DNA of 64,000 nt from Bacteroidota bacterium (GCA_043800975.1 JAZDMK010000301.1:1309-65308), one strand, 5' to 3'. Numbered from the stretch's first letter, positions 47,432 through 57,063 are shown. Notes: generated from the letters alone by a model not told the origin. A program made the numbers and translations.

Positions 47432-48586
47432 TTACTGCTTTACAAATTTCCCCGAATACTTATTCATCTTCACAAAATAAATCCCGGCAGGAAGGGTAGA
47501 AATATCAATCTTCACCTCACTTGTAACTCGTAACTCGTCACTTGTAACTGCTTTAGAAACTTTCAACTTTTTCACTTCTTCTCCCATCGCATTAAAAATC
47601 ATCAACTCAGCATTGTCGCTCAGGGCGGGTGTTTCCAATGTTATGGAATTTGAAGCCGGATTCGGATACATGCGTATCGCAGCACCGCCTGCATCATCGG
47701 TTACGCCCGCAAAGTTCTGGTAGGTATAGGTGATGCGTTGTGAATTCACCCACTGGCTGCTGCCCGTGTTCCACGTCTGGCTTACGCATTGCGATATGGT
47801 GCCGTCGGGATTGTTGGTGTAATTCATTTGTGTGAGGTTTTTCCAGCTGCTGCTTCCCGTGTCCCACAGGCGCTGCAGAAGATAGATCATGTAATTGTTT
47901 CCATCGTAGGTGTAGCTCATGTCGGAACTGTTCACCCAGCTTCCGCTTTGCCACAGCTGGCTCAGCAGGTACGATATTTTTTGCGCACCGTTGTATGTGT
48001 AAACCGCTTTCATCGAATTTGCCCAGGCGCCGCTTTGCCACAGCTGGCTTATGTATTGCGTGGGACTGCCCGAGCCGTTGTTGGTGTAATTGATTTGTGA
48101 ACTGTTGAGCCATGTGCTGCCAACACTGTCCCACATCTGCGTCAGTGTGTTTGTCATGTAATTGCTGCCATCGTATGTGTTGGTCTGCTTAAAACTGTTT
48201 TTCCAGCTTGCGCTTGCCACGCGCCACACCTGCAGAATGAACTGCGTCATCTTATCCTGCCCGTTGTATGTGTAACTCCCGTTCTGCTGGTTCACCCAGC
48301 TGCCGCTTGTGTATTTCTGACTTAAGAAGGAAGTGATGTTGCCGTTGGGCTGACTCACATAGGTAGTGCGCGTATCATCGGTCCAGCTGCTGCCGTTCCA
48401 GATCTGCGCATCGCATTGCTGCATCAGTCCGTTCACATCATAGGTGTAAGTTTGTTTTGTGCTGTTCTGCCAGGAAGAGGAAGAAGTGTTCCATGTTTCA
48501 GCAACAATGGTCTTCACCTTGTTTTGCCCTTTGCTGCTGCAGCTGCCCAGCAGAAGGATAAGCGGAAGGATGAGGAGCTTTTTCAT
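47432..48586 (-). CDS. T9SS cargo protein with about 8 Trp-rich ~30-aa repeats
   Basis: Repeat YTYD.N....Q.W....W.N...; CTD MYPNPAS...LPAGIYFVK...GKFVKQ. Confidence 0.88.
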   Translation of the reverse strand: MKKLLILPLILLLGSCSSKGQNKVKTIVAETWNTSSSSWQNSTKQTYTYDVNGLMQQCDAQIWNGSSWTDDTRTTYVSQPNGNITSFLSQKYTSGSWVNQQNGSYTYNGQDKMTQFILQVWRVASASWKNSFKQTNTYDGSNYMTNTLTQMWDSVGSTWLNSSQINYTNNGSGSPTQYISQLWQSGAWANSMKAVYTYNGAQKISYLLSQLWQSGSWVNSSDMSYTYDGNNYMIYLLQRLWDTGSSSWKNLTQMNYTNNPDGTISQCVSQTWNTGSSQWVNSQRITYTYQNFAGVTDDAGGAAIRMYPNPASNSITLETPALSDNAELMIFNAMGEEVKKLKVSKAVTSDELRVTSEVKIDISTLPAGIYFVKMNKYSGKFVKQ

Positions 48587-48594
48587 GTATTGTT

Positions 48595-50058
48595 TTATTC
48601 AGAATTAACTTTTACAAATTTACCTGTATAGTTTTGAATTTTTACAAAGTAAATTCCCGGTGGTAAAGTGGAAACATCAATCTTCACTTCGTTTTCCTGA
48701 GGATTGACATTCTGTTTTATAACTTCTTTGCCAATGGAATTGAAAATGGAAAGAATGAAACTGTTTTTTGATTGTGTTGTTTGAATTGTGATCTGGTTAT
48801 TTGTTGGATTTGGGTAGATCAGAATATTTCGAGTTGGTTCTTCCAATTCAATAACCATAACATTACACCCCGGAATCTGACAGCCCATGCTGTCAACTCT
48901 AATTACCCATGCTTGCTGAGGATTCCCGGAGCCTAAACAAAAACCTGCTGCCACATAGCCGTTGTCGCTTGTTTTCCGGAAGTCATACAAGTAATTCTGA
49001 TCAGATGCATTAGTAAGATGATCGTACATCCTAAAAAATATTTGGTTTCCCAAAGAGTCTGTTTTCAAAATAAATCCAGATATGTGTTGTGAAGCTGAAT
49101 CTGAGATATTGCCAATGATTGACAAATTCATGTTGTTTTCTTCAATAATTTTATAGCCAATAATAGCATGGGTCATTGGGCCATATTCTTTTTCCCATAA
49201 TAGCTGGTTATTATTTCGAAGTTTTGCAAGTCTTGTCTTATAATGAACTGTAGCACCTCCATCATTTGAATACCCGAATGTATAGCTTATTGCATAAGTG
49301 CTATCCTGAAGATTCTTTACTGCAGACCCACCATTATCCCATCCACTTCCATAAAAGTGAGAGTAAATTAAATTCCCAAGACTGTCTGTTCTATATATTA
49401 ATCCTTTGCCAATTGGCTCATCACACCAACCTCCAATTATGTATCCTTCATCATCCATTGTTTCAACTGAGAAAGCTCTTTCATTTCCGGTTTTATGATA
49501 GAACTTCTGCCATTTCTTATATCCAAGACTGTCAGTCTTAATTAATGTAATATCGTGATGTGGATAGCCATCTGTACTATCGGTAGCTCCTACACATATG
49601 AAACCTTTATCTGGAGTCATCTGCACCTGAGCTGATTCTATTCGATAACTGGTGTGATATTTTCGCATCCAAAGCGTATCACCATTTTGATTGAATTTCA
49701 CTAAACACATCGTATTTTGGCTCAATGCTGGCTCTTGATAATCTACGGCTACTACAAAACAAGAATCATGTGTTTTAGACATTGATGCCCACCCAACCCA
49801 ATAGGAATTAATACTATCCCCATAATGCTTCTCCCAAATTTTGTTTCCAAAGGCGTCCAATTTTCTTATACAGAAATTCAAAGCTAAATTCCCTGGTGTA
49901 TTATAATCACCTGCTAAATAAAAGTAATCGTTGTCTTCAATCACACTCCAGGAAGGTGAAGATATGGAGCCAGCCACCTTGTAAGTAGAATCAAAGTAAA
50001 CCTGTGCATTTGCTTTTAAAGCTAGAACTAATAAAGTAAAGAATAGAATTCTTTTCAT
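48595..50058 (-). CDS. T9SS cargo protein with beta-propeller-like repeats
   Basis: Start MKRILFF; repeated KTDSLGN..W.K.YG units; CTD IYPNPTN...LPPGIYFVK. Confidence 0.88.
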   Translation of the reverse strand: MKRILFFTLLVLALKANAQVYFDSTYKVAGSISSPSWSVIEDNDYFYLAGDYNTPGNLALNFCIRKLDAFGNKIWEKHYGDSINSYWVGWASMSKTHDSCFVVAVDYQEPALSQNTMCLVKFNQNGDTLWMRKYHTSYRIESAQVQMTPDKGFICVGATDSTDGYPHHDITLIKTDSLGYKKWQKFYHKTGNERAFSVETMDDEGYIIGGWCDEPIGKGLIYRTDSLGNLIYSHFYGSGWDNGGSAVKNLQDSTYAISYTFGYSNDGGATVHYKTRLAKLRNNNQLLWEKEYGPMTHAIIGYKIIEENNMNLSIIGNISDSASQHISGFILKTDSLGNQIFFRMYDHLTNASDQNYLYDFRKTSDNGYVAAGFCLGSGNPQQAWVIRVDSMGCQIPGCNVMVIELEEPTRNILIYPNPTNNQITIQTTQSKNSFILSIFNSIGKEVIKQNVNPQENEVKIDVSTLPPGIYFVKIQNYTGKFVKVNSE

Positions 50059-50059
50059 A

Positions 50060-51142
50060 TCATTTGTTCTTCGGCATATCCGCAAAAAGATTTTTGCCCG
50101 TGTGCAAATCCAGCACCTGCAGGTAATCGCCATAGGCTTCGTTGCCTTCCAGAATCAGTTTGTTTTCAAACAGCGTTAGATGAACCACGTTGTAATATTT
50201 CGAATGGCCCACCATCAGCTGTTTCACATCGCCTTTCCACAAAAGCTTTCCTGTTTTGGCGTTGTATGCGTTCACGCTGCAGCCCGTGGCAATGTTGTGA
50301 TAGAGCGCCACCACCAGAATGCTGTCTTTTAAAATTGTTTTGCAGCCATCGTCGTTGCCTTCGTTCGGGAAGCTCCACTTTGTATTTCCCATCACCACAT
50401 CACCCGTTTTTTTATCTTCGTTCATATACACCAGCCCGGCCAGTGTATTGTCGTTCGGGTTAACAATGATCCCGCCTGTAGTGCCCTCCGTGGTATTCAG
50501 CGTGCCGTCGTTGAGGTTCAGCACCTGTGTTTTTTTCGGCTTGCTGTAATGAATACTGCTGAATACCATTTCGCGGTCGGTGTGGGCCAGAAAGTAAATG
50601 TAGGGAATACTCTCCACCGTGGTTCCGTCTTTTTTGTAGATCGTATGTGCAATTTTCCAGCTGTTCATCAGCTTTCCTGTTTCATCATATTTATTGACAC
50701 GGTAGCCTGCTTCGCCACTCAGGCGTATTGAACAGACAACACCATTGGATATGGAAAAAATTTCTGCGTTGCCGCTAACGAGGTCGGTCACGGTTTTCTT
50801 GTCAGGTTCAGAAATGGTTTTTACCAGTTTTCCGGAAGCATCAGTGATGGTGATATCGCGGTTTTCCTTCAGTTCAAAGGTAAGGTCCTTATAAACGCAG
50901 CGATTGGCATCACGCAGTCGGGTGAAATGCTGCACATAGTAGTTCTCGCGTTTTACTTCAGTGATCATTGAAGCCGCCATAGAATCGATGTATTCCAGCT
51001 GGTCCAGATCCAGATAATTGTTTTTGTATTCGTAATAGCAGAACTGCTTTTTTTCTTTTTTGAGAACTTCTTTGGGCTTTTGTGTTTGTCCGCAGGAAAC
51101 CAGAAATGCAAACAGCAGAACCGGAAGGATGATGTTTTTCAT
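50060..51142 (-). CDS. Lipoprotein with PQQ-like propeller C-terminus
   Basis: Start MKNIILPVLLFAFLVSC after TATCTTTG (about 51163-51170); AYNAKTGKLLWK, LDLHTGK. Confidence 0.8.
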   Translation of the reverse strand: MKNIILPVLLFAFLVSCGQTQKPKEVLKKEKKQFCYYEYKNNYLDLDQLEYIDSMAASMITEVKRENYYVQHFTRLRDANRCVYKDLTFELKENRDITITDASGKLVKTISEPDKKTVTDLVSGNAEIFSISNGVVCSIRLSGEAGYRVNKYDETGKLMNSWKIAHTIYKKDGTTVESIPYIYFLAHTDREMVFSSIHYSKPKKTQVLNLNDGTLNTTEGTTGGIIVNPNDNTLAGLVYMNEDKKTGDVVMGNTKWSFPNEGNDDGCKTILKDSILVVALYHNIATGCSVNAYNAKTGKLLWKGDVKQLMVGHSKYYNVVHLTLFENKLILEGNEAYGDYLQVLDLHTGKNLFADMPKNK

Positions 51143-51179
51143 TGGGAATGAATTGGAGGAAAACAAAGATAAGTTTTTT

Positions 51180-51599
51180 TCGTTAATCGTTATCCGTATA
51201 AACGTTAATCGTGTAATCGAAAAAGTGGAATGGATAGATTTTCTTTCGCCACCAAATCTCCAAAACACGAAAGAAACACAAAACTTTTGTGAAGCTTGGT
51301 GCCTTCGTGATTATAACTTCCGTATATTATTTTAACCACAGATTATTCACTTATCTTTTTTTTTAATTGTGTTCATGCTCGTCCGCCGCGGCGGACTCGG
51401 TTGCACAAATTAGCACAGATGCTCACAAATTGTCTGTGAATTCAGTGCCCTTTTTTTTCTCGCGGATTTACGCAGATAAAATGAAACGCAGATGTACGCT
51501 GATCTGAACTTGCATTTAGAAAAACTGATTGAGATTATGTCTAAAATGTTCGATTGTTTACTTCTCAAATCGCAAATCCTTGTTCCTTGTTCGTATATC
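51180..51599. repeat. Second intergenic mosaic of short repeats and palindromes
   Basis: (CGTTAAT)-like units about 51181-51220; perfect 16-bp palindrome GTCCGCCGCGGCGGAC 51381-51396; CACAGAT/CGCAGAT 9-mer units 51335-51505; heptamers 51565-51599. Confidence 0.75.
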
Positions 51600-51608
51600 A
51601 GCCCGATA

Positions 51609-52187
51609 TCAGAGATTCATCAAAAATGCCATTAGCTTCTCAATCGCCCGTCCTCTGTGGCTAATCGAATTCTTTATATCAAGTGGCATTTCGGCAAAGG
51701 TCTGGCTGAAGCCATTGGGAAGGAAAACGGGATCGTAGCCAAAACCATCGCCGCCTTTTTTATCTTTGATAATCGTTCCATCCACACGGCCTTCAAAAGT
51801 ATAAATCTTTCCTTCTATTATTAACGCAATCACGCAGCGGAAGCAAGCCTTGCGGTTTTCAATGGTATGCATTTCCTGCAGCAGCTTATTCACATTGTCA
51901 TCGAATGAGCAGCCGGGTCCTGCATAGCGCGCGCTGTATACGCCGGGTCTGCCATCGAGTGCATCCACTTCCAGACCGGTATCATCGGCAAAGCAGGGCA
52001 TGCCGTACATTTTCCATACAGCTTCTGCTTTTTCAATAGCGTTTCCGTCCAGCGTTTCATGCGTTTCCGCGAGTTCACCTTTGAATCCTTTTTCATCCAG
52101 ACTGATCAGCTGTGCATGCGCTTCGGCAAGCAGTGCCTGCACTTCTTCGAGCTTGTGTTTGTTCTGCGTGGCAAAAATAAGTTCCAT
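51609..52187 (-). CDS. rdgB: Non-canonical purine NTP pyrophosphatase (RdgB/HAM1)
   Basis: FATQNKHK, ADDTGLEV.AL.G.PGVYSARYAG, GFGYDPVF, KNSISHRG. Confidence 0.96.
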   Translation of the reverse strand: MELIFATQNKHKLEEVQALLAEAHAQLISLDEKGFKGELAETHETLDGNAIEKAEAVWKMYGMPCFADDTGLEVDALDGRPGVYSARYAGPGCSFDDNVNKLLQEMHTIENRKACFRCVIALIIEGKIYTFEGRVDGTIIKDKKGGDGFGYDPVFLPNGFSQTFAEMPLDIKNSISHRGRAIEKLMAFLMNL

Positions 52188-52202
52188 AATTCCGCTTTGC
52201 TG

Positions 52203-52277
52203 CAAAGTTAGAAAATTGATGATGTGTTTTTTCGGCTGTTTAAAAAAATTAAAAGTTGCATAAAAATTTTAACTTTG
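52203..52277. promoter_or_regulatory. Divergent promoters of rdgB and purD
   Basis: TAACTTTG on the minus strand at 52203-52210 and on the plus strand at 52270-52277. Confidence 0.65.
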
Positions 52278-52284
52278 CCCTACG

Positions 52285-53571
52285 ATGGAAAAGATGAATG
52301 TATTATTGCTCGGATCCGGCGGACGTGAACACGCTTTTGCCTGGAAGATGCGGCAGAGCCCGCTCGTGGATCAGTTGTTTATTGCACCCGGAAATGCCGG
52401 CACCGCAATGGAGGGAACCAATGTATACCTGTCTCTTTCCGACTTTTCGTCCATTGCCGAATTTCTGATAAAAAATAAAATCGGATTGCTTGTCGTGGGT
52501 CCCGAAGAACCTTTGGTGAAAGGGCTGGCTGATTTTATCCGCGCCAGTGAAAATACAAAACATGTGCTGGTCACAGGTCCCGGTGCAGCCGGTGCGCAGC
52601 TGGAGGGAAGCAAGGCTTTTTCGAAGGAATTTATGGTTCGTCACAAAATTCCAACTGCATTTTATAAAACATTTACTGCCGATACTTTAAACGATTCAAT
52701 TCAATTTCTCGATACAGTGGAACCGCCCTATGTTCTGAAAGCCGACGGTCTTGCAGCCGGAAAGGGTGTGATTATTACCTCCGATAAAAAGGAAGCGGAA
52801 GACGAACTGAAGAAAATGATGCTGGATGCAAAGTTTGGCAACGCAGGAAAGACGGTCGTTATCGAACAATATTTAACAGGCATTGAAGTTTCTGTTTTCA
52901 TCCTCACCGATGGAAAAGATTATGTGATATTGCCCGAAGCGAAAGATTACAAACGGATAGGAGAGGGTGACACCGGGCCGAATACCGGCGGGATGGGATG
53001 TGTTTCTCCAGTACCTTTCGCCGATGAAGAATTTATGAAGAAAGTAAAAGAGCGCATCATTCAGCCTACGGTGGATGGTTTGCAAAGAGAAGATATTTTT
53101 TATTCCGGCTTTATTTTCTTCGGCCTTATGAATGTACATGGTGATCCCATGGTGATCGAATACAACTGCCGCATGGGCGATCCTGAATCGGAAGTGGTTG
53201 TTCCGCGCATCAAAAACGATTTTGTGGAATTGCTGATTGCCGGTGCGAAAGGAGAGCTGAAGGGAAATATAATAGAAACAGATGAGCGTGCTGCTGCTAC
53301 GGTAATGCTTGTATCGGCAGGCTATCCCGGCGATTACGAAAAAGGAAAAACGATTACACTACCGGCTCAAGTAGATAACGGAATTTTATTTCATGCAGGA
53401 ACGTCAATGAAGGACGGCGCAGTTGTAACAACCGGCGGACGTGTGATGGCGGTTACATCGTATGGAAAAGATTTGCCAGAAGCATTAAACTGTTCTTACG
53501 AAAAAATCAAGGGAATTCATTTTGAAGGAATGAATTTCAGAAGAGACATCGGAAAAGATTTATCTGTATAA
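52285..53571 (+). CDS. purD: Phosphoribosylamine-glycine ligase
   Basis: GSGGREHA, KADGLAAGKGV, GDTGPNTGGMG, EYNCRMGDPE, GGRV. Confidence 0.98.
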   Translation: MEKMNVLLLGSGGREHAFAWKMRQSPLVDQLFIAPGNAGTAMEGTNVYLSLSDFSSIAEFLIKNKIGLLVVGPEEPLVKGLADFIRASENTKHVLVTGPGAAGAQLEGSKAFSKEFMVRHKIPTAFYKTFTADTLNDSIQFLDTVEPPYVLKADGLAAGKGVIITSDKKEAEDELKKMMLDAKFGNAGKTVVIEQYLTGIEVSVFILTDGKDYVILPEAKDYKRIGEGDTGPNTGGMGCVSPVPFADEEFMKKVKERIIQPTVDGLQREDIFYSGFIFFGLMNVHGDPMVIEYNCRMGDPESEVVVPRIKNDFVELLIAGAKGELKGNIIETDERAAATVMLVSAGYPGDYEKGKTITLPAQVDNGILFHAGTSMKDGAVVTTGGRVMAVTSYGKDLPEALNCSYEKIKGIHFEGMNFRRDIGKDLSV

Positions 53572-53574
53572 AAA

Positions 53575-54975
53575 ATGCAAGTAGTAACCATTGGTCAAAA
53601 AATATGGGGCGCCAACGTGCAGCCGGGCTTTTTTGACATATGTTTAATGACTACTTATTTTATTGTCATTTATCTTATCATTAAATTAATTGAAAACAAA
53701 AACAGGTTAAAGAATCCTGCTTACAATTATTTTTCTATTGGATTTCTGATTAAAGTATTCATGAGTCAGGCGATTTGCATTGTATATACTTATGTTTATT
53801 CTGGAGGAGATTCGACAGCTTATTATGTGAGTGCCGAAAAAATGGGAGAGCTCGCTTTTGATAATTCTTACGGATATTTCAGGATTTTAATGGGCTCAAT
53901 TGGATACGAAAATTTCAGCGAGTATGGTCTTCCTACTTGGTTTGACTGGCCATTCAGGTTTGATGATCAGTCTTCATGGGTGGTTGTTCGCCTTACCAGT
54001 TTGTTCACCATTATTGGGTTTAAAAACTATTTTACAACATCACTATTATTATCTATTTTCTCTTATTTTGGAACATGGAAATTATTTTTGCTTTTAAATA
54101 GGCTTTATCCCGGAAAATCGAAACAACTCGCAATCGCATTCTTATTCATTCCATCGGTTGCTTTCTGGGGTTCTGGAATATTAAAAGATACTTACACGTA
54201 TTCAGCAATCTGTTGGTTTATGTTTTGTTTTTACAAAATTTTTATCGACAGAAGTAAATTTGCATCCAATCTGATCGGGTTATTTATTGCAATCTATATA
54301 ATCATTATTATCAAACCATACATTTTAGTAGCATTGCTCCCGGGATGTTTTTTGTGGTTCAGTCATAGTTGGTACATGCGTGGAAAGACCGGCTTTATGA
54401 GGTTTGCAACCCTGCCATTAATTCTAGTGATTGCTCTGTTTGTCAATATTTTTATTATTTCGACTGTAAGAAAGAATTTAGGTGAATATGGTACAATAGA
54501 GGGAATTTTGAATAAAGCAGTGGCGACTCAAATGGATTTGAAAAATGATTTTTATGGCGGAGAGTCTTTTAACATTGGAGAATTTGATGCAAATATTGGA
54601 AGTGTCATAGCAAAAGTGCCGGAAGGTTTGATTGCCGGATTATACCGACCCTTTCTTTGGGAGGCTAAAAACCCTTTGATGTTGTTATCAGCGATTGAAA
54701 ATTTATTTCTGCTAATTTTACTCTTTTACGTCTTGATTAAAATAAGTCTAAAAAAATCAATTAAAATTGTAATTGCCAATCCCTATCTATTTTTTACACT
54801 TTCTTTTTCATTATTTCTGGCTTTCTCTATTGGTTTAACATCTTCAAATTTCGGTTCGCTGGTCAGATATAAGATCCCGATTATCCCATTTTATGTATCT
54901 GGTCTTTTTTTGTTGATTGGAATAGCGAAGGATAAAAAAAATGAAAAAAAACTCAATGATAAGAATCTTTTATAA
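53575..54975 (+). CDS. Polytopic membrane protein, Wzy/GT-C-like
   Basis: About 10 TM segments; GGDSTAYY, FWGSGILKD, NFGSLVRYK; adjacent to the glycosyltransferase cluster. Confidence 0.6.
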   Translation: MQVVTIGQKIWGANVQPGFFDICLMTTYFIVIYLIIKLIENKNRLKNPAYNYFSIGFLIKVFMSQAICIVYTYVYSGGDSTAYYVSAEKMGELAFDNSYGYFRILMGSIGYENFSEYGLPTWFDWPFRFDDQSSWVVVRLTSLFTIIGFKNYFTTSLLLSIFSYFGTWKLFLLLNRLYPGKSKQLAIAFLFIPSVAFWGSGILKDTYTYSAICWFMFCFYKIFIDRSKFASNLIGLFIAIYIIIIIKPYILVALLPGCFLWFSHSWYMRGKTGFMRFATLPLILVIALFVNIFIISTVRKNLGEYGTIEGILNKAVATQMDLKNDFYGGESFNIGEFDANIGSVIAKVPEGLIAGLYRPFLWEAKNPLMLLSAIENLFLLILLFYVLIKISLKKSIKIVIANPYLFFTLSFSLFLAFSIGLTSSNFGSLVRYKIPIIPFYVSGLFLLIGIAKDKKNEKKLNDKNLL

Positions 54976-56178
54976 ATTGTATATCGATCGGTAGATTTTT
55001 TCAGCATTCGCAATGTCACGATATTTCTCGGCAAGGTGCCGAATTCTCTTCTTACTACCTGTTTCTAAAAGTATCTGATTGATTTTTAAAAATGCATTTG
55101 AATACTCACTTTTTGAAAACGAATGGAGAACTGCGCCTGCATTTTCTGATTCAATAATTTCCGAATCATCAGAAATGTTTTGGGGAATTATAACCGGCAA
55201 CCCCATTGCCCAGTATTCGCCATCTTTAACCGAGGTGCAATAGCGTTTTGATGGAACCGGCTTAACCGGGTTGATTGCAAAATAGGAAATCCCCAGATAG
55301 GAAGGAAGCATTTCGTTGGACGACCATGTAATTAATATTTGTTTTTCGGGAAGTGAAAAGTCAAGAATGTATTTTTTAATTAATTCTTCCTGTGAGCGTG
55401 TAAGAATTATAAAGAACAGGCGGTCGCCGAAGAATTCAAAAGCGGCATGTAATATTTCAAAAAATTCTTTCTCAAGGTAGATTCCTCCAATTTTTCCTGC
55501 ATAAATGCCAACTATTTTATTTTCTAAAGGATAAAGTTTAAACAACTCTTCTTTTTGAATCTGATCGGGATTAAACCTTGCAAGATCCACACTGGCTGGT
55601 TTTGCGAAAAACAATTTGGGTGTAATATGTAACGTTTCTGTAAGATATTCACGCATTTTTTCTACGGTGGCAATGATCGCATATGCCTGCTTTGCTTGCT
55701 TCTTCTCGTAACGAAGCATAATTTTAAATGCTTTATCTGTTTTCTTCCAGGTGCCATTCTCAACCATCGATTCAGCATGAGGCTCAAAAGTGTCGAGAAT
55801 TAATTTTCTTCCCGTAAGCTTAGATAGCATATAACCCATTACACCGGCAGGAGGGCAGAATGAATGTATGGCATCAATTTTATTTATTATTATCAGAAAG
55901 AAAAGACGCAGCAGATTATATCCAAAAGTAAGTCTGGCTTTAAAACCGAAATGAGTATAAGGTGCGCGAAGCAAAAAGATATTTGATTCTGAATGTCGTT
56001 GTGATTCCTTTTTCCAACTTTCGCTATCATTGGAAAAGTTCGGATTCTCCATTGTAAAAAGCCATACTCTGCAATTTTCCCCGCATGCTTTTTGAATTTG
56101 ATGTATGCAGGGGAGTACATGATTTTGAACCAAAGGATCCTCATAACTCCAATATGTTATGGCAAGTATTCGCTTCAT
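54970..56178 (-). CDS. Glycosyltransferase (GT-B, GT4-like)
   Basis: YAGKIGG.Y, SVKDGEYWAMGLPVI. Confidence 0.85.
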   Translation of the reverse strand: MKRILAITYWSYEDPLVQNHVLPCIHQIQKACGENCRVWLFTMENPNFSNDSESWKKESQRHSESNIFLLRAPYTHFGFKARLTFGYNLLRLFFLIIINKIDAIHSFCPPAGVMGYMLSKLTGRKLILDTFEPHAESMVENGTWKKTDKAFKIMLRYEKKQAKQAYAIIATVEKMREYLTETLHITPKLFFAKPASVDLARFNPDQIQKEELFKLYPLENKIVGIYAGKIGGIYLEKEFFEILHAAFEFFGDRLFFIILTRSQEELIKKYILDFSLPEKQILITWSSNEMLPSYLGISYFAINPVKPVPSKRYCTSVKDGEYWAMGLPVIIPQNISDDSEIIESENAGAVLHSFSKSEYSNAFLKINQILLETGSKKRIRHLAEKYRDIANAEKIYRSIYNL

Positions 56179-57050
56179 GAAAATATCTTAGCTATAACTT
56201 TAAATATTGATGGAGGGTATACAAAAAAGGCCTTTGTAATGAATAACAAACTTCTTGATTTTGATTTTCCTTCTTTCCACCAGCTTCCAGCCAATACCAG
56301 ATACATGTTTGAAAAGCATTTTCTTTGGAAAAAAGAATTGTGATAAAAAGAGTTTTCTTTTGCTTTGTTATAAACAATTATCTCGTCGTGTTCCATTAAA
56401 GAAATGTTTTTATGCATATTCTGGCTATGAACCCGATAATGAACCAAAACCTGATCAATTGCATGAAAGGGAAAGCGGTAGGCAACGCGAATAAAATAAT
56501 CCTGATCAGCAGAAAGTGAAAGAGAAGGATCAAATTCGCCACAGATGTCAATAACATTTCTGCGAAAGAGAATGCTGCTGGGGCCCGGAACAGTGCATCC
56601 TTCCCAAAGAAGTAAATTTTTCAGGCAGTTGCCGGTTTTGCCCGAAAGTATTGTATTTTGTACTTTTGAATTTTCATCAATAAACTGTACAGGAGAATGA
56701 ACAGCTACAACAGAATCCGATGTTGAAAATAAACTAATTTTTTTTTCGAGATTTTCAGGTAACCAAAGATCATCAGCATCTAGAAATGCAATAATATCAC
56801 CTTTTGAATTGTTAAATCCGGTATTACGTGCAACGGAAACTCCTGTGTTTTTTTGAAAGTAGTAATGAATACGTGGATCTGCTTCAGTTAATGATAAAAC
56901 AATTTCTTTCGTTTGATCAGTTGACCCGTCGTCGACAACAATAATTTCCCAGTTTGAATAAGTTTGATGAATAACAGATTCAAGGGTCTCTCGTATATAC
57001 CGGCTGGCATTATATGCAGGAATTATTACGGAAACCAGTGGTGTGTACAT
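56175..57050 (-). CDS. Glycosyltransferase family 2
   Basis: VSVIIPAYN, VVDDGSTD, GVSVARN, AFLDADD. Confidence 0.95.
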   Translation of the reverse strand: MYTPLVSVIIPAYNASRYIRETLESVIHQTYSNWEIIVVDDGSTDQTKEIVLSLTEADPRIHYYFQKNTGVSVARNTGFNNSKGDIIAFLDADDLWLPENLEKKISLFSTSDSVVAVHSPVQFIDENSKVQNTILSGKTGNCLKNLLLWEGCTVPGPSSILFRRNVIDICGEFDPSLSLSADQDYFIRVAYRFPFHAIDQVLVHYRVHSQNMHKNISLMEHDEIIVYNKAKENSFYHNSFFQRKCFSNMYLVLAGSWWKEGKSKSRSLLFITKAFFVYPPSIFKVIAKIFS

Positions 57051-57063
57051 TTTATTTAATGAA

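Noticed and set aside
47694-48134. 146 aa alternative-frame ORF with repeats
   Set aside because: Shadow of the Trp-rich repeat gene in another frame
125-50058. Gln directly after almost every signal peptide (A|Q, S|Q)
   Set aside because: Known Bacteroidota Q-rule (pyroglutamate N-termini), not novel
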